The notes below the pieces were generated by a model that saw only the letters and a list, made by a program, of their open reading frames with translations, did not search any database and was not told where the DNA came from. A program made the position numbers and the translations under genes. This document shows positions 1 through 11,780 of a stretch of DNA of 64,000 nucleotides, one piece after another (position 1 is the stretch's first letter; each line of letters begins with the position of its first letter). Source of the DNA: Tubulanus polymorphus (taxonomy: Eukaryota > Animalia > Nemertea); the NCBI RefSeq assembly GCF_964204645.1, contig NC_134030.1:14880110-14944109 (forward strand), read 5' to 3'.

Positions 1-273
1 GATTATAAATTCAAAAAGTTAACAGAATTAACAATCCATAAGAAATATCTAATTACAAATATTGTTACAGTTACTAACAAATATGGAGATAAATTAGTTA
101 TACACTTAGAATATGAAGGATTAAAAGGAAATACACATAAATTCAGAACATATTTACCAGATAGATTTCATAGATTATCAAGTGAAGATCTAGAAGAATT
201 ATGTTCTGGAGATTTCTATTTCGTATACAAAGGTTAGAATGAAAAAGGGCACCATGAAATAGATTTCGAATAA
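1..273 (+). pseudogene. Partial small conserved Polinton protein, homolog of 30760..31086
   Basis: Frame 1 reads ...NKYGDKLVIHL...FRTYLPDRFHRLSSEDLEEL...YKG*NEKGHHEIDFE*, aligning with TKYGEKVSAIL...FKVFLPDKWVSLSTEELKDL...YHGKNEDGHHDLEIVD; one internal stop. Confidence 0.75.
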
Positions 274-290
274 GAAAATATGTAAAATAA

Positions 291-1043
291 ATGGTAGAAT
301 TAAAAGAATACAGAATATTTGTTGATTCAAGAAAACTTACAAATTATAAATCTCATAATTTACTAGTACAATTAGATAGAGAATTTAAGAATTGTGTAGA
401 TTTAAAATAAGTTAATATAAGTTTATGTAATTCTTTTTATAATATATCGGATAAAACTATTGATCATAATGCTTTTATGATTCATATTAGAAATGTAAAT
501 AAATGGTTTCACCTAATTTTAAAACCAGGATTATATAATTTAGAAACACTAGCTCAAGAAATTAATAGAAGAGCACGGTTGAAAATAAGAAGTGAAGATA
601 AATTTTTAATTAGATTTATAAAAAGTGATAGCACAAATAAAATTAAAATAAAGGTATATGATGAAAGTCAACATGCATTTATAGTCAGAAAACCTATAGC
701 TAAACTGTTAGAAATTGTACCAGATACTGTTACAGGAAACGTAGATGGTAATTCAAATATAATACCTTTTACACACTTTTATATTTATTGCAATTTAATC
801 GAGCCTACAAAAACTTTCGAAGCAACTAAAGAAACAATTTGTAGTTCTAGTATACTAAATATTTTACCGCTGAAAAATGTTAAACAATTTGGAACTCAAA
901 TAAATTATAATTTAACTGAATGTGATTTTAAACCTTGCATTCCTAAATTTAATAATTTTAAATTAGAAATAAGAAATCATAATGGACATTTAATTGATTT
1001 GAATAACTTTCCTGTAATTTATATTACAGGATTATATTATTAG
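291..1043 (+). pseudogene. Minor capsid protein (penton, single jelly-roll), one premature stop
   Basis: ATG at 291 is in frame with ORF 477. Motifs IFVDSR, ISLCNSFYNI, LKPGLYNLETL, FYIYCNLIE, LEIRNHNGHLIDLN fit Polinton/NCLDV minor capsid proteins. Confidence 0.75.
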
Positions 1044-1079
1044 TTATAAGATGTAGAGAGTAATTTTTTCATTATATAA

Positions 1080-1436
1080 ATGAATATAACTGTTGGGCCA
1101 AGCATATGTTTTGGATTTGATTTTAAACGTGAGAAAGAAATTAAATTTAACATTACTGATGTAATTACACATATCAAAAATATTACATTTTCTAATGAAA
1201 CAACATTTGAGTATGAAAAAACAATAGATAAAGAAACTTTTAATGTAGAAAAGATTACTAATTTAATTAGACAATCTTTAAGATTTTATGAATTAGATAA
1301 AGATTTTATCATCGATGATATTAAAAAAATAATAATTGAAATATATACAAATGAAACTAGTAATAAAATAAATGTTGAATTAATCATAAATAAGATAACT
1401 AAATATTTTGAAGATAGTAATTTTTTTGATAAATAA
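1080..1436 (+). CDS. Hypothetical Polinton protein (118 aa)
   Basis: Intact ORF with TAAATG start inside the element's co-directional gene array. Confidence 0.6.
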   Translation: MNITVGPSICFGFDFKREKEIKFNITDVITHIKNITFSNETTFEYEKTIDKETFNVEKITNLIRQSLRFYELDKDFIIDDIKKIIIEIYTNETSNKINVELIINKITKYFEDSNFFDK

Positions 1437-1656
1437 ATGAGTGATAATAAGTGGATAATAACTGGATTATATAATGGAGCATTACTATCAGTTGGAACTG
1501 TTGGTCATTCAATGGTATTAAAAAAGTATTCAAAATGGGAAGTGTTAATGTTGATAGATTTGATATAAATGATATTTTAAAATTAAAATTAGCAGTTACT
1601 TTATTCAATTTAACTATTGATTATTTAGAAAAACAAAAATATATTCCTCCCATATA
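1437..1656 (+). pseudogene. Small hydrophobic Polinton protein, frameshifted
   Basis: TAAATG start abuts the upstream stop; fragments LYNGALLSVGTVG and LTIDYLEKQKYIP. Confidence 0.5.
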
Positions 1657-1682
1657 AATGCATAATTTTTTTTGCTAAATAA

Positions 1683-2105
1683 ATGGCTTCTGCAATTATA
1701 ACTATTATAGGATCGGCAATTGTTAACGCTTTAGCATTTACTGGTGGTGGTTATTTATTTAAACATATTGATAAAAATGGATCATTAACAGAACAGAAAA
1801 GACATAACTAAGCATTAGAGAAATATAATAAAGCAGCAGAAGAATATAGAGAAAAACGACAAAACTATATGGATTACATCAATAAAGAATTATATGATCA
1901 GAAGATTTCACATAGAGATTTTCAATCAGTCGATGATGCAATGAGTTTATATAACGCAGTAACCAATAATGAAAAATTACATCTACATAAACCTACAATA
2001 TCAGATTATTATACTCCAAGTAATGAACAGAAGAAATATGAAATAATATGGATTTTAGGTGGAACTGTTATTGTTATATTTGTAGCATATAAATTTACTA
2101 ATTAG
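1683..2105 (+). pseudogene. Polinton membrane-associated protein (N-terminal hydrophobic helix, coiled coil, C-terminal TM)
   Basis: MASAIITIIGSAIVNALAFTGGGYLF... is in frame with ORF 1869 through one stop; C-terminal IIWILGGTVIVIFVAY. Confidence 0.7.
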
Positions 2106-2126
2106 TAATTTTTTTTTGCTAAATAA

Positions 2127-2561
2127 ATGGAAGATAAAGTTGATAATATTGATATTATTCCTCATGATATAAATAAAACTAAATTAAAAATATATTTAGA
2201 AAAACAAATATTAGAATTTGAAAGTGACTTAAAGATAAAAAAGAAAAAATATTTAAAAAGTAAAATTATATATTATTTGATTATAAGTGGTTCGGTTACA
2301 ATTAGTTCTGTAATAACATTTCTAGCAATATTCAGTCCATTAACACCTTTAGCTATATCAATTGGCGTATTAGGATTAAGTTCAAGTGTTTTAACTGGTA
2401 TAAGTTCAAAATTGAATATAAAAAGTAATAAAGAAAAAATTAAAACTAATAAAAAAGAAATTAATAAATTAAAGAATACACTAGATTATATAATAAGTTT
2501 AAATAGCCATTTAACAGTTGAAGAACAAGATGAATTATTAAAAGAATTAATAAATTATTAA
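2127..2561 (+). CDS. Two-TM membrane protein with flanking coiled coils (144 aa)
   Basis: Intact ORF, two hydrophobic stretches, TAAATG start. Confidence 0.7.
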   Translation: MEDKVDNIDIIPHDINKTKLKIYLEKQILEFESDLKIKKKKYLKSKIIYYLIISGSVTISSVITFLAIFSPLTPLAISIGVLGLSSSVLTGISSKLNIKSNKEKIKTNKKEINKLKNTLDYIISLNSHLTVEEQDELLKELINY

Positions 2562-2577
2562 TTTTTTAGTTATATAA

Positions 2578-3902
2578 ATGGCAGATAGTTTTCCAAAAGC
2601 TTTCCAATATAATAAATCAATTAAATATAATATTCCGGCAATAGATTTTAATAAAGATATTACATATAGAAATGAAGTTTTAAATTCATTAATTGATTTG
2701 AATATTTATGTTACTGAAAGTAATAATTTTCATGTAAAGATGGAAAATATATTTCATGTGTATACAATTAATTTCTAAAAATTTAAATGAGGCAAAACAA
2801 TGGCTATTAAAATCTAATATGAAGTATTGGCAGAACCAATTAAATTCTGCTGTTTATTGTGCAACAACAGGATGTGGAATTAGTTGAAATGAAAAATTAA
2901 AACAAACCAAGTTTACCATTGATGTTATCACTTTTTAGATTTCATACATATTTTCAAATAAAATTAATATAAGATGAATTAGAATGTCCTTTACCAGGTT
3001 CAAAATATTTTAAAGAATTGAATAATAATATTAATTTTTCTAAGTTTTATAAAATATGTAATGAATTTAATATTAATTCAAATAAAGATTTTAGAGCAAA
3101 AATTGGAACAATGGGTGGATTAGGAATATTGTATACTAAAGAATTTGGAAAAATAATGACAAATTCAGATATTAGAACACTGAATTGGAATGCATTACCA
3201 AAATATTATAATAATATACAACAACAAAACAATAATGGTTGGGTTAATTTCATTTTAGAAAATGGTGAAGGTTTTACTAAAGCTGGTATACAAAGAATAA
3301 ATCAATCTATTAGAACTTATTTGATATGTATTTTAGGTGCGGAAGTTGAAACAAGATCCCCAATAATTGGAAATGATAACACTTCATTCGATGCGCAGAA
3401 ACAAAAAGTATTATTTGAAGATTCAATTCATAATGATAAAAATAGATCGATTCCAGAAAACATTGTAAGATATCAAAATTATTTAGATAAATCACATATT
3501 AGATTAAATTATTGTATAGGACCTAATCTATTAATTATTTCTAATGATTTAGTATTAAAGATGGGAAATATAATTGGTTATAATAATCTAATTAAAACTG
3601 CAACAATAAATAATTCATTTGGATTAAATGATATAAATAAAAAGATAATTACTGCTCCAAAATTAATGGAAGGTGAAAAAAATAAAACACATATTCAATC
3701 AACAGAAACTAAAACTAATAATATTAAATTAAATAATGATTCTAAAATAAAAGATTACAATACATCAGGAGATATAAAAACTGATATTATTCAACATGAA
3801 ATAATTAAAACTGATAATAATAATAAATCCCATGAAAATACTAAATTAGCTATAACTTGTATAGGAATTATAATCGGAGGAATATTATATTTTAAATTTT
3901 GA
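2578..3902 (+). pseudogene. Conserved Polinton protein with C-terminal TM; frameshifts and stops
   Basis: ORFs 2578..2778 and 3018..3902 are joined by a broken segment reading YWQNQLNSAVYCATTGCG; C-terminal LAITCIGIIIGGILYF. Confidence 0.65.
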
Positions 3903-3918
3903 TTTTTTTATTATGTAA

Positions 3919-5692
3919 ATGGCAGAAGGTGGAGAAGATATTGGAATTGATACTTTTGGTGACGCTCCCGGTATAAGTGATGAACAACCACCTAATTATG
4001 ATGAAACAAGTTTCAGTAATGATAATAAAACGGCATATAATACTAATTAAGGTGAAGATGATGATTATGATGATGATTATGATGGAATTAATTCCGAATT
4101 ACGTGAAAAATTAATTAAATATTTACAAGCTCCTGAAAGTGGTAGAATTTCAACTAGAACAGAAAGAAAAGAATTTATGAAACTATTAGAAAAACAAACA
4201 AGAAAATAAATATCCTGATAAACCTATGGAATTATATAGAATGAAATCTAGAGTAACAGATACAATTGTTAACGAATTATTACCAAAAGTTGTAATATAT
4301 GAAATTGATTCAGAAGGTGTTGTAGAACAAATTTTAAAAGATGACCCATTTTTCATGAATAATTTAGAATTTAAAAATGATTCATGGTATTATAATGTTG
4401 AATTAAATAACAAAACTGCATCAATACAATTATCTAGAATGTATTTATCTAGATAATACAATTGTAATGTATAATATGTATAATAATGTATTTATCTAAT
4501 AATACAATTATCTAGAATGGATCAAGAAAATATTTTTGAACCTGAAATGTTAGCAAGATCTACAATTGAACGTTCAAAAGGTGGCACAGAATTTCTCAGA
4601 ATTATATGGAATGCACTCGATAGAATAAATAAAGAAGAACCAATTCCTAATATTGATATAAACAAATATTCACCATTTAAAAATCCAAATCCAAATCCTA
4701 CTGATGTTGATCCAGAAACTGATGAAGACTTTGTAAATCGATTAGATAAATTAAGATCTTCAACACCCGAAACATCGAGAAGAGACACTCAACAAATTGA
4801 TAATGATTCAAGTCAATTACAATTAACATTAGAAAAAAAAATTGATAGATTAAGAGATTCAGAAGAAGAGATGAATAGTACTGGAATAAATCGAATGCAA
4901 TCTTTGCTAGAAAAAGGATTACTTGATTTAACTGATGAAGAATTAAAAGAATTTCCTGAACAAGCACGTAGAGAAATTAAAGGTATGCAAGAATCATCTG
5001 GTGAAATTGCTAATATTAAGATGAGATTTTCTAAAATAACCATGTTAGAAAAAGAATTAACTAATGCAGATGAAGAATTAAAACAATTAGAATTAAATAG
5101 AGATTTTCAAGTAATAGAGGAAGCTGATTATGAAAGCAGAAAGTTAGCTTTAGAAAAAGAAATAGATCATTTAAAATATAACAAAGAATTACAGGAAAAA
5201 GAAAGAGATACATTATTAAAATCATATGATCTTAATCATATTAAAAAATTAAAAGTTATTTTTAAAGATTTGTTGATAAAACCAAATTCTGAAATATCAT
5301 TGAAAGACAGAATAAAGTTATTATTTAAGTTAGAAGGAATAACAATTCTTTCAATTCTAACAGCTGTAACTATGTTATTTACAACAATTGGTTTAGCAAT
5401 ATCAAATGCTTTAAAATCTACTCCTACTCCCAATAAACCAGGTAAACCCCCAGATAATAATTCAATACAAGATAAAGTTAAGGATGGTTTAAAGAAATTA
5501 GCAAAATATTTATGGGAACTATCAAAGAAATCTGCTGCAGCATTACCAGGAATTATTGCATCAATTGTTGGTTTTATATTGAGATCTGCAGGAAACATTA
5601 TTAACTTTGCTGCTGAACATATTATTTTATTTTTAATTACAGTTGTAAGTGCTATTATTTTTGGGTTAGTAAACTTGATAAAAAATAAATAA
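3919..5692 (+). pseudogene. Large acidic/coiled-coil protein with C-terminal multi-TM region
   Basis: Begins MAEGGEDIG at a TAAATG start; continues through ORFs 4226 and 4517; the C-terminal part is nearly identical to element B 25900-26390. Confidence 0.7.
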
Positions 5693-5712
5693 TTAATTTT
5701 TTTGTTAAATAA

Positions 5713-6949
5713 ATGAGTGGGAGTTATATCAATCCTTCTAAGAATCATAGAATATCTAATGCTATTAAAGCAGAAAGATCACATCATATAATTACTCATA
5801 ACCCTTCTAATATTAATCCCGATGAAACTATACGTTAGAATTCCTCGATTAACACAAAATACTTTTTATGTTCCAAATAGTATTTATTTATCAGCCGATA
5901 TAAAAGTAATCGGTAATAATAGTAATTATGTTGTTGATAATGTTGGAAGATATTTGATTAAAAAATTAACTATAAAGATTGGTCCAGAAACAGTTTTCTC
6001 ATTAGATTATTATAATTTATTTATGCATTATAAAGATTTATGGTTAACTAAAGAAAATAGAAATAATATGATATTTCAAGGCATCCAATCAGAAAACCAA
6101 AATTAAGATCAGAAGCTAATAGCGCAATATTAACTAATGCTGTAGATAAATTGATAAAACGTATATATGGAAGCAAATATAAAATTCCATTAGACTTTGA
6201 ATTGATAAATAACAATGCACCTTTATATAGATACGCAATTCAAGAAGACGTTATATTCGAAATAACATTTGCTCCTGTAAATGAAATTGTAATATCTAGC
6301 GTTAATAAAGATATGAGTTATAAATTATCGAATATATGTTTAGAATATGACACAGTAACTAATGAAAATATTGCTAGCACAATTCAAACTCAATACAATC
6401 AAGGATTTTCATTATTATATGATATATATTGATAAATTTAAAACTATTAATGCAAATGATGAAATAATTAATGAGAATATTAACTTCCCAAGAAGATCTA
6501 TTAAAGGTATATTAATATTTTTTACCATTGCAACATATACTAATGGCGCAATAAATGTTGATAATTATTATAATCCTGAAATAACAAAAGTAGAAATAAC
6601 TATCGAAGGAATAGCAAATAAAATGTTTTGTCAAGGAATGAGAATGATTGATCAATGGCCAGAAATTAGAAAACATTTTATGAAGGAAAAAGTAAAATCA
6701 TCTGAAAATTGTAATATTAATCAAATTGATTATTATACCGGTAATAAATATGCATTATGGTTAGATTTTAGAACAACAGAGGATAATTCATTACATGGTT
6801 CTGGAAAAAAACTACAGAACACTAAAGATGGAATACAATTATTCATGACAAAGAATAAAGGAATCAAAAATTTTAAAATGCACATTTATATTATATCTGA
6901 CGCGCAATTAAATATTGTAAATTCTCAATTAAATAGTGTTATGTATTAA
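5713..6949 (+). pseudogene. Major capsid protein (double jelly-roll), fragmented
   Basis: Beta-rich ~420-aa product over ORFs 5822/6151/6362 (HNPSNINP, YKIPLDF, LSNICLEYD, YNPEITKVEITIEG, YALWLDFR); colinear with the B copy; capsid-gene context. Confidence 0.75.
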
Positions 6950-6981
6950 AATTTTAACTTTAATAAAAATTTATATAATAA

Positions 6982-7804
6982 ATGGAAGGAGGTAAAGTAT
7001 ATAAACATATTCCATACATCGATACACATGAAAATAATGATGGTTTATATTATGTAATACCTTGTAATATAGCTTTGATATTTGATCCTATTTTCAAAAT
7101 TAATAAAACTAAACTAATAGAAATCGATAATAATAAAAGTGAAGTTGTTGATAATTTAAGTAATGTAATACCTTCTACATCTAATAATGTAATACCTTCT
7201 ACATCTAATAATGTAATACCTTCTACATCTAATAATGTAATACCTTCTACATCTAATAATGTAATACCTTCTACATCTAATAATGTAATACCTTCTACAT
7301 CTAATAATGTAATACCTTCTACATCTAATAATGTAATATCTTCTACATCTAATAATGCAATAATATTAAATGTTAGTGAAAATAGAAATTATTGTGGATA
7401 TTGTAAAGGTGAATATTCAAACGTTACATCAAAATTGGAATAAACATATGAATACAAATTCACATATTACTAATGTAATAGATCGTGTTGGTTTAAGAGA
7501 ATTTATAGAACACCCATTTAGATATGTTACAAAGTTTGTTTCAAATCAAAAAGTAAATGGTGAAAAAATGTATGAAGATTTATTATTAGCAACACCTAAT
7601 AAAGATGAATTAGATCTAAACGATGCTAATGAAATATTAGGATCAAACACTGTAAATGAAATATTAGGAGCAAACACTAATAAAGATTCTATGAAACATC
7701 AAGTAGAAAATAATGATAAATTTGATTGGATGAATAAGCACAACAATGAAACAACTATTGATGATGCGGTAAAAAAGATGAAGAATAAGTATTTAAAAAA
7801 ATAA
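6982..7804 (+). pseudogene. Accessory protein with (NNVIPSTS)n repeat and C2H2-like zinc finger, frameshifted
   Basis: YCGYCKGEY joins NKHMNTNSH across the frameshift between ORFs 6982 and 7370. Confidence 0.55.
7162..7358 (+). repeat. 24-bp coding minisatellite (AATAATGTAATACCTTCTACATCT, ~8 copies)
   Basis: Directly visible tandem units. Confidence 0.95.
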
Positions 7805-8237
7805 AGAATTTGAAGAAGAGAATTCGGTAGAGAATTTGAATAAATTGTTAGGGTCTGATAGTGAAAGTGATTAAAATATTAATTATATTTAACACAAATA
7901 ATAATATTGGTTGAAAATTGTATAAAATAATAGTAAATAAAACAGGGGGTTTTAAGTATTTAAGGTATCTAATACATATCTAATACATATCTAATACAAT
8001 CTAATACATAAAATATCTTATTTTATAAACTGATATTCATATGGAAATTTAAACCTCAGTAATAATAAATAACCTTTATTATTTTCAAACTTATTCATAT
8101 ATTAGTTGAAAAAATAAAAATAAATTGGTTGAAAATTGTATAAATAATATTTATTTTAAAAAAGGGGGTTTTAAGTATTTAAGGTATCTAATGGGGTATC
8201 AGGTATTAGGGTATCTAATACATAGGTATACAAATAG

Positions 8238-8849
8238 TTAATTTATAAATTTATATTCATAGGGAAATTGTAATCTCAGTAATAATTTTGAACCTTTATT
8301 ATTCTTTAATTTATTCATATATTCATCATGTAATTCAGTAGGTATAATTTGATTTTCTTCCAATGATTGTTGCATAGATTTTTTATCTTTGTTATAAAAT
8401 AAAACTAGAAATCTTATATTCTCCCTAAAGTCTTTAACAATTGAATTATATTTTTGATTTAAAACCCATGTTGTTATCCCAAAATGTCTTCCAGAGAAAG
8501 CTAGATAACATAACTCACTTTCTCTAACTTTTGAATCATGTAAATTTGCGCAATCATCTACAATGAATAATGTATTTGATCCTTTATAAGTATCAATTGC
8601 TATTTTTATACAATCATCTAAATTTTCTTTTACTGTTTTAGGATCTAATATAATAAACTTTTTTATCTTAACTATATCTCTATTATATGTTTTATTCATT
8701 TCATAAGTAGGATAGAATAATATTATATTATCAAAATGATTCTTATGAATAGTTTCTAACAAGTCTAATATGAAATGTGTTTTACCACAGTTTGTTACAC
8801 CAGTAACTAACATATTATGCGGTTCGAATATAAATAAATCTTTATTCAT
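8238..8849 (-). CDS. A32/FtsK-like DNA packaging ATPase
   Basis: Walker A GVTNCGKT, Walker B LFIVDD, GRHFGI motif, conserved Q and R-x-N. Confidence 0.92.
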   Translation of the reverse strand: MNKDLFIFEPHNMLVTGVTNCGKTHFILDLLETIHKNHFDNIILFYPTYEMNKTYNRDIVKIKKFIILDPKTVKENLDDCIKIAIDTYKGSNTLFIVDDCANLHDSKVRESELCYLAFSGRHFGITTWVLNQKYNSIVKDFRENIRFLVLFYNKDKKSMQQSLEENQIIPTELHDEYMNKLKNNKGSKLLLRLQFPYEYKFIN

Positions 8850-9925
8850 TTATTTTTTTAATTTTACTAGATAAAATCCATTCATTAAATTTATCATCAT
8901 ATCCTTTATATTTCACCAAAGAATACTTTTTTCTTTTAAGAGTTTTTGTTATCAATACTTTTTCTATTTTGTATTCGATTTCATCTGGATTTGGTACAAG
9001 TAATAATTTCTGTTCATAGAAATAACCTAATATTTCTTCATCTTTTATATCTTCTAATTTATAAACAAATGGTTTAGTTAATATTATCTTTTTAATCTTG
9101 AATATTTCTCCTGTAAAATTAGGGGTATAACCTTTATAAAAGGTTTTTCTATATTTAGATATTCTAACGTGTTGTCCTATTCTAAATTTAGGTTCGCCGA
9201 AATCATGTGTAACAAATGCTCCATATAAATTATTCCACACTATTTTTGAATTATTTTCTTTTCTAGCTTGTATAGGTTTCATATTTATAGAACTATGTTT
9301 AGAATTATTATAACCTTTCACTAAATCATCTAACACATCGATATATTTATATGTTTCATTAGCAGTAAAATATTTCCACATGCTAGTTTTCAATGTTTTA
9401 TTAAATCTTTCTATAATAGATGCTTTTTTATCTGAGTGTGTTGAAAAATAATCTACATCGTTATCAGATAAGAGTTTTTTGAAATGTTTGTTATAAAATT
9501 CCTTACCTTCATCAAATTGTATCTTTAGCTTCTTTAAATATATTCTTAAAAGCATTTGTTACTTCTATACCAGTTTTATTTTTGATTGGAATCGACCATG
9601 CGTATCTACTGAATATGTCTATAACATTTAATATCCAGAAATATCCTTTGTTGTATTCTTCTAAGTTCTTCATGTCAATTAAATCTGCTTGCCATTGTTG
9701 ATCAATATATGAAACCATAACTTTTCTTGTTAAATAAGTTTTATCCATTTTCTTGTGGATTTGATATGTTGGTTGATTTTGTAACCATAATCTTAGTTCA
9801 CTATATTTTATATCACCATTTTCATTATCAGATTTAATTTTATTCCATAATTCTGAAACGTTAGAATATGATACTTCACTTTCTGGGTTATAATATAAAT
9901 CTCTTAAATATTGTTCTTTTTTCAT
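8842..9925 (-). pseudogene. int: Polinton rve-type integrase with C-terminal chromodomain, one frameshift
   Basis: WQADLIDM, IDIFSRYAW, QFDEGKEF, ASIIERFNKTLK (DDE triad); IEKVL...LVKYKGYDDKFNEWI chromodomain. Confidence 0.93.
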
Positions 9926-9934
9926 CTTATTTTA

Positions 9935-10164
9935 ATCCATTAATAATAATTTAGATTTAATTTCAATGGTTTTATGATTTGACTTATTTTCTGGTATGAT
10001 AGGTTTATTGTCATTGGAATCATCTTTATCATCAGTTAATATCAGTTTATATCAGTTAATTTCTTTTTCTTAGCTTTTTTTAATTCTGAAGATCTTTTAC
10101 CTAATTCTCTTGCCCATTTAATTTGTTTCTCTGATCTAGCCTTTTTCTTAACTCCATCACTCAT
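9935..10164 (-). pseudogene. Small basic protein, homolog of B 30240..30580
   Basis: MSDGVKKKARSEKQIKWARELG versus KKKPRSQKQIEWSRQLG. Confidence 0.6.
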
Positions 10165-10760
10165 TTATTTTAGTTAATTTTTGTTCTGATTCATTTTCTG
10201 TTTCGGTGTTTGGTTGTAGTAGATCTGTTTCGTTCTTACCTGATTTATATTCCATAGGTTTGATATTCGAAAATGTAATGACACCAGTAGAAATTAATGT
10301 CATAACCGATTCTAATTGAAATGAAGCATAACCAACCCATTTTTTGTAATTCAGTCATAACTAAATAGTCATTTTTCAAATCACTATATAATTTATTTTC
10401 ATCATTAATTGGTATTAACTGGTTACATAACTTAGAATAACATTTGACAATACCATCTGAAATAGAATCATTTATTCGGGCTAATCTTGCCTCTTCATAA
10501 ATCTTAAAATATTTTATTACTTTATCTGGTTTCATAGAGTCTAATTCTTGAAAAGTAATGATTCTATTTAAAAACTCTTTAGTTTTTCCACCGGCAATCA
10601 ATAGTTCTAGATGATGCTCACAATATAAATAGTATTCATAATCTATATTACAATTAACTTGAGCACAATTAGTTACAACTGTATCTTTATTATCACTTAT
10701 ACCCAAATCATCTAATGTTTTTTCAATATCAATACTATTCTTATTAGATTTCTTTGACAT
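10165..10760 (-). pseudogene. Conserved Polinton protein with C-terminal hydrophobic segment, homolog of B 29700..30292
   Basis: IEKTLDDLGI, YEEARLARINDSIS, LYSDLKNDYLVMTEL are shared with B; frameshift near 10340. Confidence 0.7.
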
Positions 10761-10997
10761 TTATATTAGAGAAAAAAAGCAAAAAAAATATTATAAGTAT
10801 TCTTCAAATGATACTAGCTAGTTAAAGCTAAAGAATTCTAGTATTGACTACTGATACTAGCTATTTGAATTTAAAGAATTTCTATTTGAATCTATTCAAA
10901 ATATAAAGTATTCTCTTTTTGAAAGAAAATATTAAAAATATAATAGAATTCACTAGCAGTTGAAGTTATTGTTTTTTTATTATATTTTATTTAAATT

Positions 10998-11090
10998 AGG
11001 ATTTAATATCTCACTACTATTGTCTATCTATTAGGAGCAGTAATTATAACTGTCCAGATAAGTCATTTCGGATCCTCGATAATAAATCCT
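10998..11090. other. Conserved structured non-coding motif, copy 1
   Basis: About 65-nt core nearly identical to 30656-30718, enclosed by the stem AGGATTTAATATC/GATAATAAATCCT. Confidence 0.7.
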
Positions 11091-11780
11091 CAAACTGAAA
11101 ATAAATTCAAAGAAACGACTGGTGGAATTACTATTTCATAAACACATTTATTTATTATACAAATTTTAGCGATCAATAATAGAACAATGGAGAACAATAG
11201 AAAAGCGGTTCAATCGGACCGGTTATTGCGCAATACTTAGTTAACAGTAAACAATACAATATTAAAACAGATATATACAATCGAGATTACATTTTTGATA
11301 TCTATATTACAAAGACCTTCAGTGTGTTACGAGAGTTTCATCCTCCATTTCTATTGATTCCTGAGTTTCACTATCCAGCAGCATTAGTTCCTTTTCCGAT
11401 GGTTGGCTTAGAATTTCTGGTTGATCTCTGTATTCCATCTAAAAGATGCCGTGAAAATGAATTACTGTACTTAAATATGTTTAAAGGTTTCCCTACTTCA
11501 TAATAACTACAAAAAACGGTACTTACATTTAGATTTAGAACTGTAAACTGTGTTTTGAGAGAGAATATCCAATACGTACTATGTATGTGAAAGTTGATTT
11601 CTAACTGCCGACGTGGCGCACGTTCGACCAAACTAATTATTTCTGCACAGATGTTCTTTGTGATGAAGTTAATTAATTCTTTAGAATTGAAAACAAGATA
11701 TATTTGGCAACATATGTTTTAGTAGTAAGCAAAAGCTATGTATTATATACATCCAAAGCTCAAATAGAATTTCCAGCTTT

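Larger units (their letters stand above)
1..11132. mobile_element. Polinton/Maverick (adintovirus-like) element A; decayed, left end outside window
   Basis: Compact, very AT-rich block with minor capsid, major capsid, A32/FtsK ATPase and rve integrase-chromodomain genes. Probable right terminus GGTGGAATTACT (11121-11132) resembles element B's end GTGGGAATTACT, and GC content rises afterwards. Alternative end is 13065. Confidence 0.88.

Noticed and set aside
4522-5748. Antisense ORFs (88, 89, 76, 170 aa)
   Set aside because: Shadows of the plus-strand gene; no motifs or TAAATG starts.
11010-11075. SECIS or known small ribozyme as the identity of the conserved motif
   Set aside because: ATGA...GA is present on the minus strand but helix geometry and apical loop do not fit, and there is no in-frame TGA selenoprotein; hammerhead, twister, pistol and hatchet cores are not matched.
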